Assembly (NCBI GenBank): GCA_030621085.1
Contig: JAUXIJ010000001.1
Span: forward strand, 9,809 to 73,808
From: Candidatus Cloacimonadota bacterium
GTDB lineage: Bacteria; Cloacimonadota; Cloacimonadia; Cloacimonadales; TCS61
Direction: 5' to 3'
DNA length: 64,000 bases
The position numbers and the translations under genes are program-made. Positions 10,501 to 18,706 of this stretch are shown here, piece after piece. The first letter of the stretch is position 1, and each line of letters starts with the position of its first letter. The notes beneath the pieces were generated by a model. That model worked only from the letters and a program-made list of their open reading frames with translations. It did no database searches and had not been told where the DNA came from.

Positions 10501-11120
10501 GAACGATCTATGGTTACGGCGGAGGAGTCTATCTGAATAATTCAAATCCGCAAATGACCAGGATTACAATTACCAATAATATTTGTACCGAGTTTGGCGG
10601 AGGTATATATATTTACAATTCCAACCCGGAACTCAGGAATTGTATAATTGCCTTCAATAAAGTAAAGGGAAATAAACACGGATTTGGCGGTGCTGTATAT
10701 ACTCAATATGCCCGTCCTTTACTGTATAATCTTACGATATACGGAAATGAAGCCCGGCAGGGTGGAGCCATCTTCTGCAACAGCTTTTCCAATCCTAAAC
10801 TCCTCAACTCGATTTTGTGGCAGAATAAACCGCAGGAGATATGTTTTCATAAATTTGGAGATATTAAAATAACCATAGGCTACACGGATTTGGAAGGAGC
10901 AGAGGAAGGAATTTTCACCAACAACAACGGTTCTGTCTTCTTCCAGATGGGATTTGTCAACATTGAACCAATGTTTGAAAATCCTGAGTTGTATAATTTA
11001 CATTTGAAAGAGGGTTCTGCCTGTATCGACGCTGGCAATCCGGCTGCTGAATATAACGATGTCGATGGTTCTGTTAATGATCTGGGAGCTTATGGCGGTG
11101 CCCGGGGAGATTGGAAATAA
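7506..11120 (+). CDS. Secreted surface protein: signal peptide, 9 tandem FN3-like repeats, C-terminal right-handed parallel beta-helix
   Basis: GGAGG RBS followed by a TTG start. Signal peptide MKKTVILFIGIFFLSFSCFAQ. Nine 90-aa repeats fit P.NL......DQS..L.W.D...FE.GF..ERK....F..IA.......Y.D..L..G..Y.YR..A......SDYSN. Then NSNP-containing beta-helix coils (GGGIY.YNSNP). There is no T9SS C-terminal domain. Confidence 0.85.
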   Translation: MKKTVILFIGIFFLSFSCFAQSENENVTDQTGEAEEIITLEAPANFQVTALDDQSVTLTWNDICKIETGFIIERKGGGESFSKIASLNMNSTSFNDKGLIFGVKYTYRICSYDHQDKSDYSKKVSVKTIFPQPLDLAVEIINDQSVKLTWVENCTFEDGFIVERKEKGIEFQKIGKTEKDEIEFTDEGLLYRNKYTYRICGFTALNKSEYSEKIIVETIFPIPANFKVRALDDQSVRISWEDRCDFEKGFIVERKVKKEDFSKIAELTENTTYYDDKGLTDGKDYYYRIKAFSQLNESDYSNEISVSTSFPAPQNLYVDILNDHSCKLYWEDKSSFVSGFIVERKENEGKFEQIAELGGVTKNYIDKTMVLGSYYSYRIKALSRKNTSDYSNEISTKTDFPGPANLYSETINDQSLRLYWEDNSTFEEGFKLERKDEDSDYVEIALLEPNTTTFIDENLNYGKTYIYRIAAYTITSTTGYSNEHSAKTIFPKPSYLSAQVLDDQSIKLSWLDNCTFDEGFKLERKEDSGEFHSIASLDAETTSYLDETLHYGTNYIYRVFAVTELNNSDYSNIVEVKTFFPEPTYLSSEVIDDQTISLYWEDNCNFEAGFRLERKMEGKAFSEIAVFGEDFTTHIDKDLSFGKTYYYRVLAFTSFNESDYSNVEYASTIFAKPTNLTAKIIGAGEIDLTWSDNCYFENGYSIERSVGGSDFKEIGRTSSNINEFKDLNLAFGADYTYCVRAFTELNYSDYSKTVTRSLGISAPANLKTHIIGDRRVKLTWTDNTSIEDGFKIERRTSDQEFEIYAQVPANVSSYLDTDAEIHVNYYYRIFSYSKGNKSHYSNEVHAICHYGELRVPEEYSSIQSAIDASTSGDMVLVQPGTYKENLNFNGKNITVGSLYLTTDNARYIDDTILDGNKANSVVIFENEEKENTRLIGFTIINGSGNALRGGGIFIYNSNPTLKNLVITGNTADEFGGGIYLYNSNPVIEDLTISSNTSLGTIYGYGGGVYLNNSNPQMTRITITNNICTEFGGGIYIYNSNPELRNCIIAFNKVKGNKHGFGGAVYTQYARPLLYNLTIYGNEARQGGAIFCNSFSNPKLLNSILWQNKPQEICFHKFGDIKITIGYTDLEGAEEGIFTNNNGSVFFQMGFVNIEPMFENPELYNLHLKEGSACIDAGNPAAEYNDVDGSVNDLGAYGGARGDWK
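7629..10058 (+). repeat. Nine tandem 270-bp (90-aa) coding repeats (FN3-like modules)
   Basis: The period is exactly 90 codons, counted between successive (A/Q/I/G)P.(N/D)(F/L) module starts. Divergence is protein-level, so these are not identical DNA copies. Confidence 0.85.
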
Positions 11121-11153
11121 TAATAATATAATAATATAATCAGGAGGATTTAA

Positions 11154-12683
11154 ATGCACAGATATAAGCGGTGTATTTTTGTTTTAGTAGTAATTGGAAT
11201 TTTCATTTTGGGTTTGAATTCAGAAGCTCAAGCACAGATCTTTCAAAGACAGATCTACACAGGACTACACGGAAGCGGCACAAAACTGATAGGTGGCGAG
11301 GAAGATGACAGTACCGTCAGAATGTTGGGGGAATTCAATTTCGGATATTATTTCACCAGAAAGATCGGAATAGAACTTGATGCGGGTTATGGGTTTGTAA
11401 CGGTTCGAGATAAAGGTCAACTGCTGGAGATAATGAGTCATATTTCTGAAAGACCGGATACACCCTATAAAACAACATTCTTTCCCATTTCGTTAAATTG
11501 CCGGTATAATCTTATTCAAGATCAAAATTGGATACCATATCTAATTGGCGGTTTAGGTGCAATGAAATGGGAATGTATTAATACCGATACAGATATTGAG
11601 ATCGATGCTGGGAATAATTTTATGGGTAATATCGGTGCTGGTATCGAATGGGAAATTTCTCGCACCGTGGGAATGGATTTCGGAGTTCGTTACCAGAGAA
11701 TATTCAACCAGACACGTGACATGTCCGGAATGTCTGCTTCAGATCTGAACAGACCGGATATCCAGTCAGGGAATCTGTCTGCTGGTTTTGGCATCACTAT
11801 CCGCTTCGGCGGTTGGCGTGATACCGATGGTGACGGCATTGAAGACAAACTCGATAAGTGTCCCCTAAAACCGGAAGATTTCGACGGATTCGAAGATGAA
11901 GATGGCTGTCCTGAATTTGATAATGACGGTGATGCCCTGCCAGACTCTGTTGAGACAAACACGGGTGTATTTGTCAGTGCTGACAGCACCGGTACCGATC
12001 CTAATGTGGCCGATACCGATATAGACGGCGTTAACGACTATGACGAGGTTTATACTTATAATACTGATCCGCTGACGGTGGATTCCGATGGCGACAGTCT
12101 GAGCGATGGTGATGAGATCAATAATTACAAAACCGATCCGAATGATGTGGATACTGATAATGATGGCTTGAATGATTATGATGAAATTAATGTTCATCAC
12201 ACAGATCCGATCAATCCTGATACAGATGGTGACGGTGTACTGGATGGAGTGGATAAATGTCCAATTGAACCGGAAACCTACAATGGCTTCCAGGATGAAG
12301 ACGGTTGTCCCGATAAAAAACCGGAAATTATTTTCACGAAAAAAGCTCCCATTATTCTGGATGGAGTGAACTTTAAAGTAGGTAGTGCGGAATTAACATC
12401 GGGAGCCAAACTTGTTCTCGATAAAGTGGTTCGCACATTGAAAGATTATACCGAAATGTGCCTTGAGATCAATGGACATACAGATAGTTCAGGTTCCAGA
12501 TCGTTAAATATGAAACTTTCTCGCAGAAGAGCCGAATCTGTACGAGTTTACCTGATCAATCAGGGCATCGAAGGATTCCGATTAAGAGCTATTGGATTGG
12601 GACCGGACCATCCGATTACTTCCAACAAGACAAAGGCAGGAAGGAAGAAAAATCGTCGTATTGAATTCTTTAGAACGAAATAA
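11154..12683 (+). CDS. OmpA-family outer membrane protein with thrombospondin type-3 (Ca-binding) repeats
   Basis: AGGAGG RBS and a signal peptide. N-terminal beta-barrel region. Repeated D.D.DG..D..D.CP motifs (DTDGDGIEDKLDKCP, DTDGDGVLDGVDKCP). C-terminal OmpA domain: NGHTDSSGSRSLNMKLSRRRAESV. Confidence 0.9.
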   Translation: MHRYKRCIFVLVVIGIFILGLNSEAQAQIFQRQIYTGLHGSGTKLIGGEEDDSTVRMLGEFNFGYYFTRKIGIELDAGYGFVTVRDKGQLLEIMSHISERPDTPYKTTFFPISLNCRYNLIQDQNWIPYLIGGLGAMKWECINTDTDIEIDAGNNFMGNIGAGIEWEISRTVGMDFGVRYQRIFNQTRDMSGMSASDLNRPDIQSGNLSAGFGITIRFGGWRDTDGDGIEDKLDKCPLKPEDFDGFEDEDGCPEFDNDGDALPDSVETNTGVFVSADSTGTDPNVADTDIDGVNDYDEVYTYNTDPLTVDSDGDSLSDGDEINNYKTDPNDVDTDNDGLNDYDEINVHHTDPINPDTDGDGVLDGVDKCPIEPETYNGFQDEDGCPDKKPEIIFTKKAPIILDGVNFKVGSAELTSGAKLVLDKVVRTLKDYTEMCLEINGHTDSSGSRSLNMKLSRRRAESVRVYLINQGIEGFRLRAIGLGPDHPITSNKTKAGRKKNRRIEFFRTK

Positions 12684-12701
12684 AGAAGTATCATAAATAT
12701 G

Positions 12702-12736
12702 AAACGGATTCGGCAAATACCGAATCCGTTTTATTA
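12702..12736 (+). terminator. Rho-independent terminator
   Basis: A 12-bp perfect stem, AAACGGATTCGG / CCGAATCCGTTT, with loop CAAATA, followed by TATT. Confidence 0.7.
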
Positions 12737-12750
12737 TATAGGAGGATTTA

Positions 12751-13557
12751 GTGGAAGATTTTATGAATAAATTAATCGAATGGGGATCTATTTTCGGTAT
12801 AAAACTGATTGCAGCTATTGCTATTTTGATTATAGGTAATATAATTGCGAAAAATATTCGTAAATTGATTTTAAAATTAATGGATAAAAGGAAAGTAGAT
12901 AAAGCTATTTCATCTTTTATCTCTTCTCTGGCTTTTAGTGCATTATGGGTGTTTGTAATTCTGGCAGCTCTTTCTCAGCTTGGCATTCAAACCACTTCTT
13001 TTATGACAATAATTGGCGCAGCTGGTCTGTCAATCGGTTTGGCTCTACAAGGCTCGCTTTCCAACTTTGCTTCCGGCTTTCTGATAATCCTGTTCAGACC
13101 ATTTAAAGTGGGAGATTATGTTGAGGCTGGTGGAGTTGCGGGTAGTATTAGTAAGATCAGCATTTTTACAACTGATTTTACAACGCCCGATAACAAGAAA
13201 ATAATCGTTCCGAATTCCCAGATAATGAATGGAACGATTACAAATTACTCTGCAGAAAAGACCCGTAGAGTAGATTTCACCTTTGGTGTGGGATATGAAA
13301 TGGACATCAGTAGAGTTAAAGATATCATGAACAATATAATCAAAGGGCATAAACTGATTCTGAAAGATCCGGAACCCTTTGTCAGGCTAGGTAATTTAGG
13401 AGATAGTTCCATTGATTTCACAGTGCGCGTTTGGGCGGAAACAGAAGATTATTGGACAGTATATTTTGACCTAGTAGAAAAGGTAAAAGAAGAATTTGAT
13501 AAAGCAGAAATTAATATTCCATATCCACAAATGGATGTTCATTTGATAAAAGAGTAA
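12751..13557 (+). CDS. mscS: Small-conductance mechanosensitive channel (MscS family)
   Basis: Three N-terminal TM helices. Conserved core: FRPFKVGDYVEAGGVAGSISKISIFTTDFTTPDNKKIIVPNSQIMNGTITNYS. GTG start 5 nt after GGAGG; an alternative ATG lies at 12763. Confidence 0.9.
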   Translation: MEDFMNKLIEWGSIFGIKLIAAIAILIIGNIIAKNIRKLILKLMDKRKVDKAISSFISSLAFSALWVFVILAALSQLGIQTTSFMTIIGAAGLSIGLALQGSLSNFASGFLIILFRPFKVGDYVEAGGVAGSISKISIFTTDFTTPDNKKIIVPNSQIMNGTITNYSAEKTRRVDFTFGVGYEMDISRVKDIMNNIIKGHKLILKDPEPFVRLGNLGDSSIDFTVRVWAETEDYWTVYFDLVEKVKEEFDKAEINIPYPQMDVHLIKE

Positions 13558-13558
13558 A

Positions 13559-14005
13559 ATGGAAAAAAAACAAATTCTAATCGTAATAATCGGTTTGATG
13601 ATCATGACCGGTTTGGCAGCTCAGAATACAGGATTGGGAATAATAGTAGGTGAGCCGACCGGGATCAGTCTTAAATATTGGACAGGTGAGCTAACTGCTC
13701 TTGATGGAGCTATAGCCTGGTCTTTTGGAAAAAAGGATGCACTGCATTTGCACGGTGATATGCTGTTTCATAACCCTGATCTTATAAAAGTTTCACAAGG
13801 TTCCTTACCTGTTTATTATGGGATTGGAGCCAGGATAAGATTGGAAGACAAATCAAAGTTGGGAGTTCGTATTCCTGTGGGGATCGCTTATCAATTTGTA
13901 AAAGCACCATTTGATATATTTTTGGAGATCGTACCTCTACTTGACCTTGTACCTGCTACAGATTTTGACTTAAACGGTGCTATAGGTGTAAGATACTATT
14001 TTTAA
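13559..14005 (+). CDS. Small outer-membrane beta-barrel protein (hypothetical)
   Basis: Signal peptide ending LAAQ. Short alternating strands. The C-terminus ...GAIGVRYYF carries the OMP signature. Confidence 0.55.
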   Translation: MEKKQILIVIIGLMIMTGLAAQNTGLGIIVGEPTGISLKYWTGELTALDGAIAWSFGKKDALHLHGDMLFHNPDLIKVSQGSLPVYYGIGARIRLEDKSKLGVRIPVGIAYQFVKAPFDIFLEIVPLLDLVPATDFDLNGAIGVRYYF

Positions 14006-14045
14006 TTTATTAATAAGGAGAATAAATAAAATAAAAAAGATTACT

Positions 14046-15155
14046 GTGATTACAATGGGATTGCTGATTCTGCTACTTACTGGATGTGAGACTAAACAAG
14101 TTAAACAAATCAAAACTATGATGGAAATTGGTGAATACAACAAGGCAATAGTTATACTAAATATTGAATTGAACGAAGATGTAAAAAATGTTAATTTAAG
14201 AGAAATGTTATTGGAATGCTATGAACATCAGAGGTTATGGAATGAAGTTATCGAACAAGTTGATATTCTTAATAAACTTGGTCTTGAAACAGACTATGAT
14301 TTTCTACTTATGAGAGCTTATGCGCTTAGCAATCAATGTGATAAAGTGGAGAAATTACGAAAAAAATATAATGATTATGCCGATAGCCTCAGGACACAGT
14401 ATGATAAAATTACAATTGAAAAAATCAAAAAAATGGATGTCCCATCAGATTCACTAAAAGATATATTTAGTTATATAGAGGCTAATCCTGATACATTAGA
14501 TGAATATGAAAAATATTATTATGAAAGAGAAAAAGAAAGGTTTAATAATAGTTTATTATTAGAAAAAAAGTATAGGTATTATAAAAGTAAAAATTTGAAA
14601 AATATCGAAAAAGAAAAATTCCAGTTTTTTAAAGATCATCATCTTGCAGATATTAAATTAGTTGACTTAATGTGTAGAATAAATAGTGCTTATGTATCTC
14701 TTTATAAGAACAATATAACGGATATTTTAGAAATAGATAGTACTTACATATATTATATCCGTGAGCCATTGATGAAATATTTGTCCTCAATAGAAAAACC
14801 TAATTTTAGTGATGCTAAATATAGATATATATCAAGCAAGTTTTATTATTTCGATCTTTGTAGTTATCATGATACACGAAGTAGGGTTTTTGAAGGTTTG
14901 GGAGATATGAAAGCTGCCATAGATGAGAAATTGAGTGAATTCTACTGGCAGGAGTATGCCTATATTGACAATAAAGACAATTTGAGAAATTTTAAAATTA
15001 CTTGCTACGAGTATTTCATCTTATTAGATAATGCAAATGATGATAGGGGTAAAATATCTTACATTGATAAAATGGTAAAAAACCATCCTGATCTTGCAGA
15101 CGATATGAACTTAATTGAAAGAAAAAGAGAAATTTTAGAAAAAGAAAAAATGTAA
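14046..15155 (+). CDS. Hypothetical helical lipoprotein in a very AT-rich islet
   Basis: Lipobox LLLTGC|ETK. K/E/Y-rich, predicted all-helical. The start is uncertain (GTG at 14046 or ATG at 14055). Confidence 0.5.
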   Translation: MITMGLLILLLTGCETKQVKQIKTMMEIGEYNKAIVILNIELNEDVKNVNLREMLLECYEHQRLWNEVIEQVDILNKLGLETDYDFLLMRAYALSNQCDKVEKLRKKYNDYADSLRTQYDKITIEKIKKMDVPSDSLKDIFSYIEANPDTLDEYEKYYYEREKERFNNSLLLEKKYRYYKSKNLKNIEKEKFQFFKDHHLADIKLVDLMCRINSAYVSLYKNNITDILEIDSTYIYYIREPLMKYLSSIEKPNFSDAKYRYISSKFYYFDLCSYHDTRSRVFEGLGDMKAAIDEKLSEFYWQEYAYIDNKDNLRNFKITCYEYFILLDNANDDRGKISYIDKMVKNHPDLADDMNLIERKREILEKEKM

Positions 15156-15236
15156 AGAAAACTTTGCACAAAAATTTAATACAGGTATTATAATCGAATA
15201 GAAAACATGAAAGCAGTATTGTAAGGAGAATTTAAT

Positions 15237-15821
15237 ATGAATATAACAAAAAAATGGAATTACAAACAAAATTTATACTCAAAAACAGAATGGGTCAGAT
15301 ATTATGGAGAATATATTGAAGCAATTGAAATTATTCTGGAACAATCTGTACAAAGTCAAGTAACTGTGCTTGCTTTACCAACTTTGTTTTTAATACGCCA
15401 CTCTCTTGAACTTGCATTCAAAATGAATATAATTGAATTGGCAGAATTCAGCAAACTTGAGCCAAAAATAGATTTTTCAGGAAAAGAAGCTTATGTTCTA
15501 CATAAATTACATGACGAATTTGATAAACATGTAAGAGAAATTTTTAGTAACAAGAGTTATATTAAAACAATAATTGATGACTTCAATAGTAGAAATGGAA
15601 AACTAAAAAGCTTCCGAGAGATTTTTGATAAACTTGATAATTGGTCTTATAGCTTTAGATATCCTGTAGAAAAAGATGGTTTAACAAAAAGTTTTAAACC
15701 AGATGATGAAATAAATATAGCTGAAATAATACCAATTTATTATGAAACACAAGAAATATTGAAATATACTGCAGATGTTTTTCTCGATAATAATAATTTA
15801 AGAACAAGTCATAAATCATAG
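15237..15821 (+). CDS. Hypothetical cytoplasmic protein with weak HEPN-like features
   Basis: AAGGAG RBS. No signal peptide. The helical layout LFLIRHSLELAFKMNI ... HKLHDEF ... SYSFRYPVE resembles classical HEPN domains (helix with EL.(F/L)K, a later RYP). This is a by-eye resemblance only. The gene ends in TAG. Confidence 0.45.
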   Translation: MNITKKWNYKQNLYSKTEWVRYYGEYIEAIEIILEQSVQSQVTVLALPTLFLIRHSLELAFKMNIIELAEFSKLEPKIDFSGKEAYVLHKLHDEFDKHVREIFSNKSYIKTIIDDFNSRNGKLKSFREIFDKLDNWSYSFRYPVEKDGLTKSFKPDDEINIAEIIPIYYETQEILKYTADVFLDNNNLRTSHKS

Positions 15822-15953
15822 AACTGAAGATAAAAAAAAGGCGATTCGTGAATCAATACTTGGGAAACGGAAAAAAGGGCAGATCAATGTTCTACCCCTA
15901 TGATAATTTTTTGTTCGTTTTTGTTCGTTGCTAAAATTAGGACTAAGGATAAC

Positions 15954-16526
15954 TTATTTAATCAATTTCTTACACTCTTCATACCGGAAGCAGTAGGTTA
16001 AATGATCATTCACCAGTCCAGTTGCCTGCAGATGCGAATAAATTGTGATTGAACCCAGGAACTTGAAACCACGCTTTTTCATATCTTTGCTAATGCGATC
16101 TGATAATTCGGTTTTGGCTGGTATCTGGAACACTTCAGTCAATTGATTAACTACCGGTTTGTTATTCACAAATCCCCAAATGTAATTACAGAAACTGCCG
16201 AATTCCTTTTGGATTTCCAGAAATATTCTGGCATTATTTATGGAAGCTTCTATCTTGCGGCGATTACGAATGATACCTTCATTATGCATCAGTTCCTCTA
16301 TTTTTTTCTCATCATATTTTGCCACTTTCTCTACATCGAATCCATCATAGGCTGCCCGGTAATTTTCTCTCTTTTTTAGAATAGTGTACCAGCTTAATCC
16401 TGCCTGAGCAGATTCCAGCACCAGGAATTCAAATTGCCTTTTATCATCATAAACAGGAACACCCCACTCTTCATCGTGGTAGCGGATATACAACTCATCG
16501 GGTGTTCCCCAGGGACATCGGTTCAT
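15954..16526 (-). CDS. tag: DNA-3-methyladenine glycosylase I
   Basis: N-terminus RCPWGTPDELYIRYHDEEWGVPVYDDKRQFEFLVLESAQAGLSWYTILKKRENYR, matching the Tag family. An AAGGAGAGG RBS precedes the start. Confidence 0.9.
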   Translation of the reverse strand: MNRCPWGTPDELYIRYHDEEWGVPVYDDKRQFEFLVLESAQAGLSWYTILKKRENYRAAYDGFDVEKVAKYDEKKIEELMHNEGIIRNRRKIEASINNARIFLEIQKEFGSFCNYIWGFVNNKPVVNQLTEVFQIPAKTELSDRISKDMKKRGFKFLGSITIYSHLQATGLVNDHLTYCFRYEECKKLIK

Positions 16527-16653
16527 AACCTCTCCTTGTTAGTCAAAGTCTAAAGACCAAAAATAAATTTTACGATTCGCAGGTTTCTGGGAAATGTGTA
16601 AAGAAAAAAGCCGGTGCAATCTTTATACACCGGCAATTATGTATTCTATATGC

Positions 16654-18483
16654 TTATTTCATCAATATCATCTTCTTTGTTTTTTCGAAATTGTCAGTTT
16701 TCAATTTATAGAAATAGATTCCTGAAGAAACAGATTTACCGTTATTATTTTTTCCATTCCAAATTACTGAATGCTGACCGGCTAAAACCTGATCGCAGAC
16801 AAGCTGCTTCACTTTCTGACCTTTCAAATTGTAAATCGCAAGTTCGACTTGTTGGTTTTGTTCGATGCTGAAATTGATCGTTGTCGATGGATTGAATGGA
16901 TTGGGGTAATTACCATATAGTTCTGTTTTTAATGCAACTATTTCTTCCTGAGATGAAACCTGATTTACTGTTATATAATCGGTTTTAACTTCAGTACTTT
17001 GATTAATCCCGTCATCGATAGACAATGAAACTGAATATGTTCCAGCTTCTTCGTAAATCCATTGTGGATTCTGTTCGTAAGAATCGATTGTACCATCATT
17101 ATCAAAATCCCATTGCCAGGAACTCGGATTTCCAATCGAGAGATCTGTGAACTGAACATCTAAAGGTGCTGGTCCACTGGTGGGAGCTGCTTCAAAATCT
17201 GCGATAAAAATGTAATATTCATAAGCACCCATATCGATTCTCCCTCCGAAAACTCGTGGATTTCCAGCAAGATCAAATTCAGGTAAATTCAATCCTGTTG
17301 TATCGGGAATACCGGCATCAATACAAGGAGAATCTTCCAGCAAAGAATAAGGGTCTTCACCTGTTCCTGCAAATAACGGATCTTCATCGATATTGCCATC
17401 ACCTGCCCAACCACCTTGTATATCAGAATATGTTGCTGTAACTGAGCCGGAATAAATACAGATCTCTTGTGGTGAATTATTCCAGAGAATGCCATTTATT
17501 AAATTAACATTACCATTAACATTAACAAAAACACCACCACCATTAGAATCTGCATGATTATCACTTATTGTACAATTGATAACATCTATGTTAGCATTAT
17601 ATACCCAAAGACCACCTCCATTAAAACCAGAAGTATTTCCATAAATAAGACAATTTTCAACAGTAGTGGTACTTGTTCCTGAACCTGCATAAACACCTAA
17701 ACCTGCAGATTCTGTTTCTGATGTATTGTTACATATGATATTGTTCAAGAGTAACGGGCTGGAATCTAATTGAATATAAACTCCACCAGCAGAAGAAGAA
17801 ACTGCCGAATTTTCTCTGATGACATTACTTACTAAGGTTGGAGAACTTTCGCTAATCAGTAACCCGCCACATCCACTATTTGCTGTATTGTTTGAAATAA
17901 TGTTACCTTCAAGATAAGCGTTGCAATTATCCCAAAGAGTAACTCCGCCAACATCAATAGTAGCAGTATTATAGGAAATTACATTGTTTAGCAAAACCGG
18001 TGAACAATCGTAAACAATAACAATTCCACCAGTATAATCAGCACTGTTATTCGTTACAATATTAGAGATTACCTTGGGAGATGAGCTGTCACATAGGATT
18101 CCTCCTCCCCAATATCCTGAAGAATATAAAGTTCCTGTTCCTTCTGTAAGAGTAAATCCGGTTATCACAGATGTAGTATCCTCATTAGATGCAAATGTAA
18201 CTACAGAACCATAATCAGGGTTAATTGGCTGGCTGCCGTTAATTATTGTGTTTGCGATATGAGATTCATCTCCGTTAATTAGGAAATTACTGGCTACAGT
18301 AATTGCCTTTTCTATAAAATCGATATTTTCAAAATAAGTTCCATCTGCCACTAATACAGTGTCTGTGTTAGTTGCAGCTTCGATCCCTTGCTGGATCGTA
18401 GGCTGGTCACCGGGAACGTTGATGATAGTTGAGTACAAACAAGTTGATACAAAAAATACAAAAATCAAGATAAGCGTTTTCAT
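16654..18483 (-). CDS. Secreted T9SS cargo protein: beta-helix repeats, PKD-like domain and a T9SS C-terminal sorting domain
   Basis: I chose the ATG at 18483 (MKTLILIFVFF..., GGAGGAG RBS) rather than the ORF-track start. Beta-helix coils (NN.I..N.A...GGG). PKD-like segment APLDVQFTDLS...WDFDNDG. CTD: YPNPFNPSTTINF...IYNLKGQKV...GIYFYKLKTDNFEKTKKMILMK. Confidence 0.85.
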   Translation of the reverse strand: MKTLILIFVFFVSTCLYSTIINVPGDQPTIQQGIEAATNTDTVLVADGTYFENIDFIEKAITVASNFLINGDESHIANTIINGSQPINPDYGSVVTFASNEDTTSVITGFTLTEGTGTLYSSGYWGGGILCDSSSPKVISNIVTNNSADYTGGIVIVYDCSPVLLNNVISYNTATIDVGGVTLWDNCNAYLEGNIISNNTANSGCGGLLISESSPTLVSNVIRENSAVSSSAGGVYIQLDSSPLLLNNIICNNTSETESAGLGVYAGSGTSTTTVENCLIYGNTSGFNGGGLWVYNANIDVINCTISDNHADSNGGGVFVNVNGNVNLINGILWNNSPQEICIYSGSVTATYSDIQGGWAGDGNIDEDPLFAGTGEDPYSLLEDSPCIDAGIPDTTGLNLPEFDLAGNPRVFGGRIDMGAYEYYIFIADFEAAPTSGPAPLDVQFTDLSIGNPSSWQWDFDNDGTIDSYEQNPQWIYEEAGTYSVSLSIDDGINQSTEVKTDYITVNQVSSQEEIVALKTELYGNYPNPFNPSTTINFSIEQNQQVELAIYNLKGQKVKQLVCDQVLAGQHSVIWNGKNNNGKSVSSGIYFYKLKTDNFEKTKKMILMK

Positions 18484-18519
18484 TTTCTCCTCCTTTTTAC
18501 TTTGATACCAACTTATAGT

Positions 18520-18535
18520 AGCAATACAGGTTCCA
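18520..18535 (-). promoter_or_regulatory. Candidate sigma-54 (-24/-12) promoter
   Basis: The minus strand reads TGGAAC-CTGTA-TTGCT, against the consensus TGGCAC-N5-TTGCW. GG/GC spacing is exact. The element ends 36 nt upstream of the ATG at 18483. Confidence 0.5.
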
Positions 18536-18633
18536 AATGAAAACAATCTAATATTAAGAACTCTAATTAACTATTTGATAAAAGGTTATGCTTCAATAAT
18601 GTGTTGATTTCTATCTTCTGTTCCGGTTTGAAA

Positions 18634-18683
18634 TCTGAAAGAATCTTTCAATTTCTGAAAGTTTTATTCAAGTTTTCTGAAGT
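18634..18683. promoter_or_regulatory. Candidate enhancer/operator: a perfect 15-bp palindrome plus repeated half-sites
   Basis: TGAAAGAATCTTTCA at 18636-18650. Half-sites TCTGAAAG at 18634-18641 and 18654-18661, and TCTGAAG at 18676-18682. The cluster lies about 100-160 bp upstream of the -24 element on the minus strand. Confidence 0.35.
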
Positions 18684-18706
18684 GGACCTATTTTAAAGAA
18701 TTTCAT

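Noticed and set aside
16614-16871. An 85-aa plus-strand ORF overlapping the end of the T9SS cargo gene.
   Set aside because: It overlaps the conserved T9SS C-terminal-domain coding region on the opposite strand. It has no RBS and implausible composition.
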